Assembly: GCA_951406725.2 (NCBI GenBank)
Contig: OX597818.1
Location: 142,910,001 to 142,974,000 of the forward strand
Length of the DNA: 64,000 bases
Source: Octopus vulgaris
Taxonomy: Eukaryota
Reading direction: 5' to 3'
The position numbers were made by a program, and so were the translations under genes. Of this stretch, positions 13,751 through 27,662 are shown in pieces. The stretch's first letter is position 1. Each line of letters starts with the position of its first letter. The notes beneath the pieces are model-generated. The model was not told the origin of the DNA and did not search any database. It saw nothing but the letters and a program-made list of their open reading frames with translations.

Positions 13751-14728
13751 CATGCACGAACACACAGACGCTCGCGCGCTTGTGGATAATATTTTCAACC
13801 GAGACATTATAACTGTATCTGTTCATATGCTTCAATTCTGTGAATGTACCCATACTTAATCGATTGCTTCTATGCACCATTTTCTATTATTAAAACTGTA
13901 AGCATTTTTGACGACACAGGTAGGCTAGTTAGATATAAATCAGAGCTAAATGATTTAGACGATCTTGTCACGTGGGGTAGCATAGATAATTCTTCATTCT
14001 TCTGAGGCTATAAAAAAACGTTCTGAAGAAATGGCAGGACAGGAATCACTTAGAAAATTTAAACTACTGTTCTTAACGAAGTATCAAAATATCGGACTGC
14101 TTAGTGCCTCTGGCTGAAAAATTGACTGCAGCAGTCGTTTAAATAGCGGGAGAGGTTTGTCTGAAAAATTTGGCACTTGACATTGCCAAAACTAAATTCG
14201 ACTAAAGCAAAAATAAATTTCTCCTATTTTTCAACTTCTGTTGTTTTTTTTTTAAATTTTGATTTATTTTTTCATCCGATTTTTAACCCGTAAAATCGAG
14301 GCTTGTCCGAATCAAAAACGTGTGCATCCTTCCTCAGCTCACCCGCCTTGCTCGCTATGGTCATACAGGAGTCAATATCAATTAAATTAAAATAGAACAG
14401 ATTTATCTGGTTGAGAAAGAGAAACAGTAATCGTATAGGTTTATAAACGGTTAGCAGAATCCCGCCCCCGCTTCAAAAAACTGGGTAAGCTTCGTGTCAT
14501 GACAACAATAAGACATGGCTTTGTAGTAAAATAGTGCGAGCCCGGTGAGCCACAGTGGCTGTGCCAGGGCAATCGTCGCCATCTTTCGGGGCAACGCCTT
14601 TTTGTCTACTGGGACCATGAGGCGGAATGATACACCTTTTTAGATATTCTACTCTTTATTTTGATTTTAGTTGCACCGCTAGGCAGCAAACTACGCACTC
14701 GCAGATAATAATGATAAACAAAGTATGA

Positions 14729-15337
14729 TGTAGCGAACTCTAGTAAAATTCCTCGCTCCTTTATTATATATACGGACATACGAACGTAGCAGATAACAGC
14801 TATTGGGCGCTGTTTGGACCCCGTTGTATCCACCACTCTGATTGGTTGGTATTAGCGAAATTTGTCTCTTACTCTAACGCGCCAATATGCAACCTAACCA
14901 ATCGCAGTCTCCAAATAGAACACGTGAGACAATCTATTCAACTCCAATTTTGAGCCTACCGTTAGCTATAAAAACTCAACTTCTCCAGTTCCAGCGACGA
15001 CGCCAGACAACGCCCGTCCAACAGCATTACAGCGACTTCCACCTTCGTCGCCACCATCATTTCTCTTACCAACGTCGTCAACAACATATCTACGTACACA
15101 GCACCAGCCACACTGCACAGGTTCTAACATAGCGCTGTTCGTGAGTTACATCACCATGGTTAACAGCAAACGTACAACCCACACAAATGCATGTAAATAC
15201 ATGAATAAATGTTCTCCAAACCTTCTACTCGGTTGTGTCTCTCTTTTCCAACTGGCACATTATATGTATTATTCCAGCCTTCTGATAGGAGTCGATATAG
15301 ATGGTCTCACAACACGCACAACGGACCATTATCTATA
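14729..15337 (+). mobile_element. Solo LTR (Gypsy-like), copy 1
   Basis: TGTAG...CTATA ends, degenerate 4-bp TSD ATGA/AAGA, CCAAT boxes, TATAAAA ~14968, AATAAA ~15204. Clearly homologous to the adjacent LTR. Confidence 0.65.
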
Positions 15338-15353
15338 AAGAGTTAGAAGAAGG

Positions 15354-16874
15354 TGTAGCGTACCCTTAGTGAAATTCATCCTCTCTCTCTGACATATATA
15401 ACATAAATACGGACGTAGTAGATAACAGCTAACCTTCGGCCGCTTGGGCTCTCTTGTGTCCACTATTCTGATTGGTTGGTATTGGCACAGTTTGTCTCTT
15501 GCTGTATTACGCGCCAATGTGCGACCCAACCAATCGCAGCCTTCTGATAAGGTCCCGTGACACAGTCTTCTAAATTCTCTGCTGGAGCCTATAATTTGCT
15601 ATAAAACACAGCGATTCACCGTATCTCGCTTTTGGTTCTAGTCCTTTTAAGGACTAACCTCTGACCACAGTGCACCCAGCGACAGACAGCCAGTTCCAAC
15701 GACAGACAACACTAGCAGCATTTCCGGATCTCCACCTACGCCGCCTTCATCTTAACATCGTCTCCACCACTGTCGCCTTCATCTTAACGACGCCAACAGC
15801 AGCTTCGCTCAGGTTTAACTTATCACTGTTTGTGAATACTTCACCATGGTTAACAGTAAGCTCAACCTGCGAGAACCTTCTGTACCAATAACCCGGCACA
15901 GCATAGTAGCCGCAACCGCTACACGACATGTATTCAACCGGCTCAGCAATTGTCGCCTCAACTTCTTTGTTACAGAACTTCTGCTATTGTGCACCTTACT
16001 ACGAACTGGTATTTTATTTCACACTTCATTGTGTTTGAACTTCTAGCGTCCTGTTATAGACTCTTTCTATGCTCTGTATTTTGTCTCACACGCATACACC
16101 CTTGTTTGTACACACATACACATTATTGTATGCTTGACGACCTGTCTATTATTATTATTATTATTATACATGTACTTATGACGCGTACACACACAGACAC
16201 TCTGCTAACACATATACACATTATTGTAAGCATGACGGCCTGTCTATTACTATTGTTCTTATTATATATGTGTGGAGGCGCAATGGCCCACTGGTTAAGG
16301 CAGCGGACTCGCGGTCGTAGGATCGCGGTTTCGATTCCCAGACCGGGCGTTGTGAGTGTTTATTGAGCGAAAACACCTAAAAGCTCCACGAGGCTCCGGC
16401 AGGGATGGTGGTGATCCCTGCTGTACTCTTTCACTACAACTTTCTCTCACTCTTACTTCCTGTTTCTGTTGTACCTGTATTTCAAAGGGCCGGCCTTGTC
16501 ACTCTGTGTCACGCTGAATATCCCCGAGAACTACGTTAAGGGTACACGTGTCTGTGGAGTGCTCAGCCGTTAATTTCACGAGCAGGCTGTTCCGTTGATC
16601 GGATCAACCGGAATCCTCGTCGTCGTAACTGACGGGGTGCTTCCATCCATTATATATGTACTTATGACGTACACACACTCTGCTACCCACATGTTAACAT
16701 CGAAATAAAACCTTTTTCTAAGCATTCTACGGTTGTGTCGCCGTCTTCCTTATTCTTTCTGGCACTCATATTCATTTGTCTATATTTCGGCTTTTATTGT
16801 AAGGCGACGACGACCGTGCGGTGTTTAAAGAGTCATTCATTCGTCACCATCTCCATTCGCACGGTCGTTCTACA
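15354..16874 (+). mobile_element. Solo LTR (Gypsy-like), copy 2, with an internal SINE insertion
   Basis: Perfect TGTAG...CTACA termini, 4-bp TSD AAGG/AAGG, TATAAAA ~15600, AATAAA ~16704. Confidence 0.8.
16272..16648 (+). mobile_element. Full-length tRNA-derived SINE (same family as 8416-8799)
   Basis: A and B boxes, near identity to 8416-8799, 11-bp TSD ATTATATATGT. Confidence 0.9.
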
Positions 16875-17244
16875 AAGGTACGGGCGAGTTTCAGAATGGT
16901 TTATCTACTTAAGTTGGATTTTCTCCGGTTCCAAATTTTCATTTTTGGCACCACGCACTACAAAATGATGGCGGAGTTGGTAGAAACCTTGTTTTGTTTT
17001 AAATGTATATTCCAAGTGTTTCAGAATGTGAAATACAATAAAATGACTAAAACTAACGATTACAAAATATATAAATAGAACATTGTAGCGGTGGTTGCTG
17101 TTTTTCTTCTTTTTTGGTATGCGGATGGGTGAGGTACCGTTAAGATACATAGATTTAAAAATTCGAATTACATCTGTTTCAGAATATGAAATGTAAGAGG
17201 GGAAAAATATTTTTAATGGCGGTGGCTGTCGTGAAGATACAAAT

Positions 17245-17420
<176 letters not shown>

Positions 17421-20096
17421 GAGGAGGCATTTGAGAATTTAGATTGAAAATCCTTTTGAAGTGCGTGGTGCAAAAAAAAGAAAACAAAATGAAAAAAAGC
17501 CTGGCAGAAACGGAGAAAATCCAACTTGTTGGCGAGTTATTCTAAAACTCCGTCGAAGGTACAAGAATAGAATAGCTTTGTAGCGAGACCAAGTTGTACT
17601 ATTGCACATTTAAGAATATCAAGTTTGGTTTGTATAGGCTCACCACGTTAATTTGTTACGATTGGTTTAAATATCCATCACATGACTTATAAGCCATTTA
17701 TTGAACTCTGTATCGTGATTAGTTTAGTGATGCGTGAGATTTAGATTGAAAATCCAATCACGTAGTGCGTAATATATTTCAATATATTTCAAACAACAAA
17801 TCCTGTGTCCTGGAGTCTCTTTTCCTCCATAAATTGGTGTAACAATTATTTACATGTTAGAGAAGTGAAAGCTGTCATTGAGGCGAGTTTGCAGATCCAG
17901 CCGTCCAGGAGAATAGACACACACCGGAGCCATGTAACCAATGACTATCCAAGCCGAATTATTAGAATGATAGAGGAACAAGAACCGAGAGAATGGTTCT
18001 TGCTTTTGAATCACTGTACAACTTTACGAAGGAATGAAGTCCCAATGGTATTTTAATGATAGTTTCTTTTATTATTTATGCAATCAAACAGGCAATATAA
18101 TATGGTACAATGATATACATGATTCTTTAGTAAAAACCAATCGATACTTCGTAAAAGCTTCATAAAAACATTTTAGATGTGCTGTGACCAAGCGTGGCAG
18201 AACCATTTAAACAACGGCTCCATTCAGAAGGCTAGAAAAGAAGGTATCACTTCGCGAAGAAAGAACACCGTGTATTGAACATTTCAGAACCAAGTTGTAG
18301 CTTTTATGCTTTTTACTTGAGGTCTCAGATATGTACAAGCAGAATAAGTTATGTAAAATATTTACAAGCGAAGACCATGTTCATCTTCTGTGGAATCCAA
18401 GTTATAGTGGCTTAATATCTATTTGCCGTTGCTTGTCTCATGGTTGTGAATCTCTCCAAGGTGGGATTAAGAGCTGAGGAAGTCACGTCTTGCTCGCTGT
18501 GAGCCGCAGTGAAAGAGAGAAGGAGAAGTCCCAGAACTCCAAAGTTACACGCTACTCCGCCTGGCGGTGAGCTATTGAGACACCTACCGTCAGGGGATGT
18601 AACTGCGCCTACAACATAAACTAAAGAAGCAGACTTGCTGATGATGCTAATCGTAATTGAACAACGGTTCCTTTATTTGTCCAGGAAGCACGGACAATTG
18701 AAAGAAGATTAATTCTATTCAAGGAATATCTACAAAAATGTGCTCCTTCCCAAAATTTGTTTCCACATAAACTGGGTACTTTCTTAATGAAATTTTCTAT
18801 TAATAACTTTCAGAACTACGATTTGAACCTTAGCCAGTACTACGAATGGACCATGCAATTATCACGTGTATGTTTTATTTATCGACCGATCATCTTGTAG
18901 GAGATTACGTCACAAAGTCAGAGCAAAAGTGAATGTCCTTGAGATTTGCGCGCTTTTCTCTAGTTATAAAGTATTTGGCACCGAGGATCTCAGCAGAGGA
19001 TGAGAGCAACCAGGGAACACACAACGAACCTTTTGGCACAAGCAAGCCGGACCAGGGCAGAGGTTTAGCAATAAACGGCGGCCTAATATCTCCTTGTCAT
19101 TCGCACCAAGAAGACCAAAGGCAGAGTAAACGTAGTTAAAGACGTATTATTTCACTCTCGCCCAAAGTAAACCAGAGATGAGAGTAGATTCGGATAAATT
19201 CACATCTCAATTTCATTCAAGACTAGTTCGTTCTAGTCTCTAGAAATTAATGACTAGAATTTAGACACTATGAAAGTCGGTTTCTATATCCCAAGTTACG
19301 CTTCAGTGAGTATCTGAAAGTTCATGTAAATATACGTACAAACTTTCCACAAATAAATCATAAAGTGTCCACGACTTTCGTTCCTGTTTACTGCACACGC
19401 AATCCAGTCTAATTCATAAGAATCTTATACCGAAACTACGATAACTAAGGTGACCAATACACTTCTCGATAAGGATGTATGTGTCTGCGTCCACCATTTT
19501 TTTTCACATTAAATTCGATATAATCGTAATTTATACCGTCTGAAAGATATTTGTAGAAAATTTCATTAAAACATACCCAATTTTCTGAAAATTATGAAGA
19601 AACAAATTCGTGGGAGGACACATTTGTGTAGACATGCCCTACTCGATATATATATATATATATATATAGAAAATGACAGAATGTAGAAATGCGGGGAAAT
19701 ACTTACTGGATGTTAGCTAAAATAGAAAATATTATCTAGTGGGTTTATCTGCCGGTCTGATAAATCGATACAGAATAAATCAATGCACTACAATTACAAA
19801 TTAGAAGCAAATTTAGAGATCGCGAAAAAAAAAAATCCTTACGCGGGCTCGTTCTTCAACGGAAATACTATCCAAAAAAATAATAAAACGTGACTTGTGC
19901 GAAAATAAAATCATAAACATGGAATGAATGGGGGTAAGACGAGCCCCACACTAAGATTAAATTTTACGAGCTTGAGCAGTGCTGATAGGAATCCACAAGA
20001 TGCCCGGGTTTGCTCTGGTTTAGCGCTGTCACTGTTGATCTCGTACAATAAAGCTATAACGAAGATGAGTATGTGACGAACATATAACAATAATAA

Positions 20097-20458
20097 TGAA
20101 ACTATTGTATACAGTGCTCAGGTGCACCACAACTTGTCAGAAAGTGCATATAAAGTACATGCAGTAATGTAGAAATGTCTGGAAAGTGAACAATGTATGA
20201 GTCAGATACATGCTTGCGTGTGTATGGGTGAGAGAAAAGCAGGTGTAGTGTTGGCGAATCTCAGAAAGCATGGAAGTTTTGAAGGATGCAGAGCTCCAAC
20301 AACTAACAACTGATGCCGGCAGTTTGTTCCATGCTTCAGCAACTCTCAGCGTGAAAAAATGTTTCCTGAAGTCATGGGAGCTGTGCTGTTTTCTTACTTT
20401 GTAAATATGTCCACGGGTGTTAGACGGGTGGAGTTTGAAAAGGTGCTCAGTTATTGTT
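20097..20458 (-). mobile_element. CR1-type LINE 3' end
   Basis: Minus translation EHLFKLHPSNTRGHIYKVRKQHSSHDFRKHFFTLRVAEAWNKLPASVV..SFK, the typical CR1 ORF2 C-terminus (TRGH..FF..RV..WN.LP). Confidence 0.8.
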
Positions 20459-20941
20459 TGTAACTTGAGATTGAAAGTGAACTGCTAAGCATTTCCAATA
20501 CATGAATTAACATAACAGGTTATGGCAAAGATGTGTGAGAGAAATTCGTGGTTAGGCTGAACTGTTGATGTTGTCGACATAGTTGACGTACTGTTGGTGG
20601 TGTGTAGAGGCAGCTGTTGGTCTGTTGGTCGTGTGATATAGACAGGCATCTGTTGGAGACGAAAGCGGAGACTGGCTGGTGTCAGAACATCGTTGTTGGA
20701 GACGAGTTGCGTGTGGTCAGTGACGCGTGCCAAAGATATAGAATAGCCGAGAACTGCTGTACTTATAGGGAATATTGGGCTCCCAGAATTTGGTGATTGA
20801 TTCCCCACGTGCAGAAGCCGACCAATACAAACAGCACGTTCGTTTAATCACGAGGTCATGTGACCGCTGGAACGAAAAGGCCTCGTGGAGCCGATATTGG
20901 GGTATTTAAGCCTAGATGAGTCAAAATGAAAACATCTTACA

Positions 20942-21197
20942 CAATGACAATGTAAATTACTTGCGTTACTAAGCACTGAATGTTGGGGTCCGGTTCGTTG
21001 TAGGTGAGCTGCAAGATGCAGGAGGAAAGAGTGAGAGAAAGCTGTGGGTAAAGAGTCAGTAGAAGTTCGCCATTACCTTCTGCCGGAGCCGTGTGGACCT
21101 TAGGTGTTTCGCTCATAAATACACACATCGCCCGGTTTGAGATTCGATCCCTCGACCGCGAGTCTGCTGCTGTAACCGCTATGCCATGTGCCTCCAC
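20942..21197 (-). mobile_element. tRNA-derived SINE with the same head as 8416 and a different tail
   Basis: Reverse complement begins GTGGAGGCACATGGCATAGCGGTTACAGCAGCAGACTCGCGGTCG..., matching the family head, and has the GGCTCCGGCAG block. Confidence 0.75.
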
Positions 21198-21481
21198 TAA
21201 AAACAGTTTACATTCACTTTTTTTTTTCTACGGTAAGTTGCATGTTAACCTCCCGAGGCTATGAGTTTGCACCAGATATAGTCTTGGTAAAATGCCGTAC
21301 GAGAACATTTAGTGTTCTGTGAAAAGTGTAGGTCTGGGTAAGGTTATATGAAAGACCAGTATGTTCTCATGGCAAATACAGCAAGGCATTTTTTCCCGAT
21401 GCTCCACTGATGGTACCGCTGAAGCTTACATCTATTACGTACAGCAACGCCAATGACAAGCCAAAGATGGTATCTTTATAA

Positions 21482-21714
21482 GGCGGCGAGCTGGCAGAAT
21501 CGTTAGCACGTCGGGCGAAATGCTTAGCGGTATTTCGGCTGCCGTTACGTTGTGAGTTCAAATTCCGCTGAGGTCGACTTTGCCTTTCATCCTTTCGGGG
21601 TCGATAAATTAAGTACCAGTTACGCACTGGGGTCGATATAATCGACTTAATACCTATGTCTGTCCATAGTTTCCTCTATGTTTAGCCCCTTGTGGGTAAT
21701 AAAGAAATAGGTAT
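21482..21714 (+). mobile_element. SINE with a Meta-domain-like core (full copy)
   Basis: GGCGGCGAGCTGGCAGAATCGTTAG head, B box GAGTTCAAATTCC, core GCCTTTCATCCTTTCGGGGTCGATAAATTAAGTACC resembling the MetaSINE domain. Many copies in the window. Confidence 0.85.
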
Positions 21715-22014
21715 CTTTATGAAGTCAACCCATCTTCTAGAAGTAGCAACCAAACCTTCCTCAAACTAAAAAAGAAAGGAAAGGACATATTCGACAATGT
21801 AGCCAACAATATGAAATAGTAAAATAGAATAAGACAATGTATCTATGACGCCTTCGATTATAGGTAAAGTCAACAGTAGTTGGCCTGGGATTAAACAACA
21901 GCAGTCATATTTTTGTTACCTCTGTAATCGTTATTATAATCATCGCCATCTTCGCAATTGCTTTCATAGCCGTTACTTCCACAGATACCTTTATTGTCAT
22001 CGTTACCACATTCC

Positions 22015-22372
22015 CACTACTGTCACCGCTACTACCACCACCACCACCAACACCACCACCACCACCATCACCACCAACACCACCACCACCATCATCATAA
22101 TCATCATCATAATCATCATCATCATCACCACCACCACGATCATCATTACCACCACCACCACCATCATCATAATCATCATCATCATCATCATCACCACCAC
22201 CACCACAACCACCACGATCATCATCATCATCATTACCATCATTATCGAACCACCACCACCACCACCATTGGCATCATCATCATCAATGCCACCGCCACCG
22301 CCGCCGCCACCACCGCCGCCGCCACCACCACCACCACCACCGCCGCCGCCGCCGCCGCCACGACCACCAACT
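22015..22372. repeat. Compound (CAC)n/(CAT)n/(CCG)n trinucleotide tract
   Basis: Directly visible. It generates spurious poly-T/I/P/H ORFs. Confidence 0.95.
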
Positions 22373-22929
22373 ATGTTGTTACCATGAAACGATGCCAAAA
22401 GCACTTGGAATGTAAATATATGAATAAGATACCCTAAAAGGGTGTCAAGAACACTGACAACCAGCCTCTTGACGTTCCTACTGTCTTGGGGTATAAGTGT
22501 GTTTTTAGTAAATATTTCTTACTACAACAATCAGGTGTTACTAATGAGAATAATAATTGTTTCTAACTTAGTCACAAGGTCTGGAATTTGGGGTAAGAGC
22601 GACAGTCGAATAAATTGTTCCTAATCCTGGAATGGTACTTTATTTCAACGACATTGAAAGGATGAAAAGCCAAGTTGACCACGGCAGGATTTGAACTTAG
22701 AATGTAGAGAACAGAAAGAGATAACCCGCAACGTATTTTCACCGCTGTCCTTTCTAGCAATGTGGCTTTATCTTTTACGGTTATGCGTATGTCGTTGAGC
22801 TGGTATGTTAATATATGTGCGCACGCGTTTTCATTGTGGGTTTTATTAAGAATGAATCTGTCTGTCTGTCTGCCCCTTTCACTCCCTCCTCCCTCTCTCC
22901 CCTCCCCTCCTCTCCAGCGCCTCCCTAGG

Positions 22930-23156
22930 CCCGTAGGATCGCGGTTTCGACTCCCCTCGTTGTGAGTATTTATTGAGCGAAAACACCTAAAAGCTCCACG
23001 AGGCTCCGGCAGGGTTGGTGATCCCTGCTGTACTCTTTCACCACTCTTTCTCTCACTCTTTCTGCCTGCTCGCTTAGCCAGCGGGGTGGCTCATTCGAAG
23101 GCTAAAACAATGCGAACGCATATGTGTAAAACATCTGATGGTCTGGTCGGTCACGT
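22930..23156 (+). mobile_element. 5'-truncated tRNA-SINE, tail variant ending GGTCACGT
   Basis: Shares GATCGCGGTTTCG..TTTATTGAGCGAAAACACCTAAAAGCTCCACGAGGCTCCGGCAG with 8416. The tail matches 24393-24650. Confidence 0.75.
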
Positions 23157-23554
23157 ATAAGAAAAAATGTATATGTATATTTTACTTTTATATATATTAT
23201 TTATATTTAAATCTTTATATTTTTCAATTACATATCTTTTTCTTATACTTTTTTATATTTATATTATTTGTATTTAATTCTTAATTAATTCTTATACACA
23301 CATCGTACCTTTTTTTATATGTATATATATATGTATATTTTTACGTTTATATGCATATTATTATATTAACATCTTATTTTAATTAAATTTTTAAATTGTA
23401 TATCTTTTACTTTTTTATATTTATATATATTATTTATATTTTATTCTTATTTACATTTGCAAATCACATATCGTACTTTATTTTTATGTATGAATGAACT
23501 CCTCCGCTTCGCTCACCAAAGGGATATTTGATTACTTTATAGAGTATTTGAGTG

Positions 23555-24391
23555 TTGGTTTGGTGTCTGGAATGGGATACCTTATCTTATGGGCAGGTAG
23601 AAGTTCTTTAACCTTGGTTGGTAAACTACCTAGGAGAAGAAAATCTCCAAAATATACCCGAGGCCTTGGAGGTCCCTGGCTTTGTCAATCTCCATGTCAT
23701 ACGGGCGAAAGTCTTCTTGGGCCAATAGGTGGGGTTAGTGCACTGCAAGCTACACCAACTGAAAATTATTCATCTGCACAGGTATTTCCTGTACTCCAAA
23801 TCTTAGTAAAATCATTCAATTGGTTGGCAGAAACCTAAACGTGCACTTGTAACTTACTCTAAAATGTCTCAAACAGATTCAGTAAATTGCAAAAAAAGGT
23901 TGGGAAATGTCAGGGGAACAGGTCTGGCTCGGCAGGTGTCCTAGTGTATTACAGGCTGGGCCCGGTCGTCATCCTGCCACTGTGGTCAAACAATCTTCAA
24001 GAAAAAGTAAAAATAAACATCCTTTGAATTGCGGTTGTTGGAATGTGCGCACACTTCTTGACGATAATTTCAACAAGAGGCCAGAAAGGTGTACTGCACT
24101 TATTGCATGTGAGCTTAAGAAATATTTCCCTGATATAGTTGCGCTCTCTGAAACTCGTCTCTCTGGTGAGGGTCAAGTAAATGAACCTACTTATGGATAT
24201 ATTGTCTTTCAGAGATGCCTACATAAGGGTCATCGTAGAGAATCTGGTGTTGGGTTTGCTCTCAAGAATACATTATTATCCTCCATTGTAGAACTTCCAT
24301 GTGGTATATCTGAACGGACCATGTCATGCCGTAAACTGACAAAAGGTAGGTTTCTTACCGTTGTCAGTATTTATGCACCGACAATGTCCCA
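23555..24391 (+). mobile_element. RTE-type LINE 5' fragment encoding an AP-endonuclease N-terminus
   Basis: ORF 23907-: CWNVRTLLD..RPERCTALIACELKKYFPDIVALSETRLSGEG..RESGVGFA..LTVVSIYAPTM. Truncated at a SINE. Confidence 0.85.
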
Positions 24392-24392
24392 T

Positions 24393-24650
24393 TGCGGTTT
24401 CGGTTCCCAGACCAGGCGTTGTGAGTATTTATTGAGCGAAAACACCTAAAGCTCCACGATGCTCCGGCAAGGGGTGGTGGCGATCCTTGCTGTACTCTTT
24501 CGCCATAACTTTCTTTCACACTTTCTTCTGTTGGCCTGCTCGCTTAGCCTGCGGGGTGGCGTCATTTGAAGGCTAATACAATGCGAAGCGCATTGTGACC
24601 AGCGATGTGAAGCAACGTCTGATAGCCTGGTCGGTCACGTGATCACGTGA
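24393..24650 (+). mobile_element. 5'-truncated tRNA-SINE (GGTCACGTGA tail variant)
   Basis: Match to 22930-23156. A reverse-complement tail fragment also occurs at 26826-26915. Confidence 0.75.
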
Positions 24651-24739
24651 TATATATATATATATACATACATACATACACATATACATTTATGTTTATA
24701 CTTATACATACATATATGTGTGTGTGTGTGTGTGTCTGT

Positions 24740-24800
<61 letters not shown>

Positions 24801-24935
24801 CATACATACATGCACACACACATATTTATATACATATATGCACTCATATACATTTACACATACATGCATACATATATATGCACACATGTATATAGATATA
24901 TACATGTATCTATGTATGAACGTGTGTGCATATGT
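24650..24935. repeat. (TA)n/(TG)n/(TACA)n microsatellite cluster
   Basis: Directly visible. Confidence 0.9.
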
Positions 24936-26122
24936 TTGGCGCATGCGAAGATCTTAACGTGAACGACGCGTGTTTAAAATGTGTAGAGTCACGTATGAGT
25001 ATAAATACACAGATCTATCCCACCCTCTCTCTATCTCTCTCCTTCTGTCAGAAGAGATAAAAGAGAGATGACGAGGGAAGAGTTAAAAAACCCGTAGAGA
25101 ATAGTACATAAGTTGATCACGTACACATGGTAACACACATTGACGCAGAAGGTCACCATCGTTAACTGAAACGCATCTAACTGCAAGCGTATCAGTTGCA
25201 GCATTACCTACGCTGAGATATGTCGTCTTTGATTCTGACAGGGAGGAGACGCCATAATCAAGTTACAATCGTGAAATTGCTTAGAACTTTCAGTTAGATC
25301 GGCTGTTACCCTCAAACTGTATTTGCAACACACCATTAATAGGTAGATAGTATTTCAATGTTGTTTCCTATGTACGACACTTTACCTACTAGATGCTTGA
25401 GATAATAGCAGAAAATTGGAAGAAAATCCCAGAAAGACAGAGAGGTATTCACCAAATTTGAGTAACGTATCGATGTACTTCAATTGTTGACTTCGATCTT
25501 TATATACACCGATGGTATAACGGGATAAATTGTTTCAGAGATGTTACAGCATAATCTCAAGATTCTTTGATGATGCGGGTCTGGGATTTGAACCGATGTC
25601 CTCGTGGTTTGGATAACTCGTAGTTTTCTCCCTTTGCAGCTACAGTGGACCTTTTACAATTATGCTGAGATATAGCAACGGCTGAACGCCTGCTAACTTG
25701 CATTGACTGGGATCACGCGAATCCTCTATTTACCCAAACATATCGAGTAGTTTCACAAGATACAATCTTCTTCATGTTGTACCGCCTGGTCACTTCATTA
25801 CCGTAGGATATGGAACAATCTATGAAACACGAATCACTTGGATTTTGAATGTAAATTTGGACGTGTGAAAGATACAATACGAAGCAACAAATCACTGCTT
25901 GAACTGTCCAACTCAGTATAAAATCGTCTGTTACTCAAAAAAAGATAACCGCTTCACAAATAATACGAAGTTCGACTACAATGTGAAGATGAAGAGGTTG
26001 GCCCCAAATCTAGTAATAACCATCCTCTCTCGAGAGGAAAACCTCTATACACTCACTCGATTTTCTAGAGATAGCCCAATCCTCTTCCTACGTTGGATAA
26101 TGGAGTCCAAAATATAGCAACA

Positions 26123-26651
26123 CGAGCAAAACGCCCCCCGTCCAATGGGCGGTGCTGAGTTGTCAAACATTTAAATCAAATTTTCTCAAAACAACTTGTC
26201 CGACCGTCTCCTTTGAGAAACACTGATTTAACCTAAATTTGAGACACCAGCAAAAGAAGAAATAAAGATAGACTTTTTTTTCTATTCTAAAGAAAAACGA
26301 TTTTATTCACACAAATATGCAACCGAAGAGATTAAAGTTCCAGTAATGATAAGGTTGTTGACTGGGAGAACACAAACATGGTTTAAACAGTAAGCTTTTA
26401 AGCAGTACAAAAACAACAAAAAATGGAAGGTGCAGTTATGTACAGGTTGACGGAAGAAAAGCAGGACAAAAACCGCTTTATCGATCGCATTCTCACCTGG
26501 AATCGATTTTTGTAATTTTTTCAAGACTTATACACGCCCTGATTCCGACGGTATCTACATATCAAATTTGAGCGCAATCGGATGGAGGATGCCCGAAATC
26601 CTAGAAGACTCACACACACACAGACAGCCAGAACGGATTTTATATAATAGA
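26123..26651 (-). mobile_element. Probable non-autonomous Helitron
   Basis: On the minus strand it starts A^TCTATTATATATAAA followed by (GT)/(GTCT) repeats. It ends with the GC-rich hairpin CGCCC..GGGCG and then CTCG^T (CTRR-like). Confidence 0.5.
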
Positions 26652-27166
26652 TTATCAATTTGGAAATTACGAAATCAATTCCATTTGTTTCAGTCTTTTG
26701 CATTACTTTCAGTGCAATCCTCTTGACTTGAAGTTAAAAATTAAATACTTAAATTAATATCGCAAGGTATTCTATGTGTCAACCAATTCGCATCTTATGT
26801 ATATATGTATATATATATTTATATATCACGTGACCTACCAGGTTATCAGATGTTGCTACACATCGCTGGTCACAATGCGCTTTGCATTGCTTTAGCCTTC
26901 AAATGACGCCACCCCGTCAAGCAATTAGTCCATCTACTGTATTATATGGGCAAAGGTAAAAATATTACCGTAAATTAATTCTACAAAATTAGAAAATGGA
27001 GAAACATACTTAAATCAATTAAACATCAACCAACAGATGGTACCCAATCAATACTTTATTACACCATTACATAACAGTAAAGGCATTATACAAAATATAT
27101 TGTAAATATAATTAGACAAGGAAATAGAAATATAAAATATAAAATATAATATGTAATTATATCATA

Positions 27167-27277
27167 TCTGACAGCTGTTTCGGCAGTAAGGGCAATCATG
27201 CCTCATTTAACCTATAAGCCATATAAGGTAGGTATAAATGAGACATTAACAAGGATGCCCCACGGCCTCTCCAGAGA
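27167..27277 (-). ncRNA. Type I hammerhead motif with extended stem II (element A, A6G core variant)
   Basis: Minus strand: TCT-CTGGAGA-GGC..86-nt stem II..GCC-GAAAC-AGCT-GTC-AGA. Confidence 0.65.
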
Positions 27278-27631
27278 ATTTAATAAATTATAATTGTGAA
27301 AAAAATGTTTTCCCTATACATATCAATATAAAAATGTAAAATATAAAAACGTGTGCATAGACACCATAATACTACACATATATATATATATTCATTAATA
27401 CAATAATACAAGATACACAAAACAAAATAAAACAAAATATATATCAATATATATTAATAAGCTCAGTTATTCTACATATTGAGTTAATAGTTCTAAAAAC
27501 TACCACACAAGAAGATATATGCACACTCACATTTAAATTAAAATCAGACTTATACATGAAAAGTAATAAAAAACCACATTTCAGTTCATAAAATTATAAA
27601 CCTGTAAAAGTCAATAATAATTACTATTAAT

Positions 27632-27662
<31 letters not shown>

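Noticed and set aside
20459-20941. Solo LTR (TGTAA...TTACA)
   Set aside because: The termini and promoter-like motifs are suggestive, but the flanks give no TSD and there is no second copy in the window.
21845-22437. Poly-Pro/His/Thr ORFs as proteins
   Set aside because: They are translations of trinucleotide microsatellites with no splice or domain support. The same applies to the YI/HT/CV-repeat ORFs throughout the window and the Gly/Val ORFs at 60-61.6 kb.
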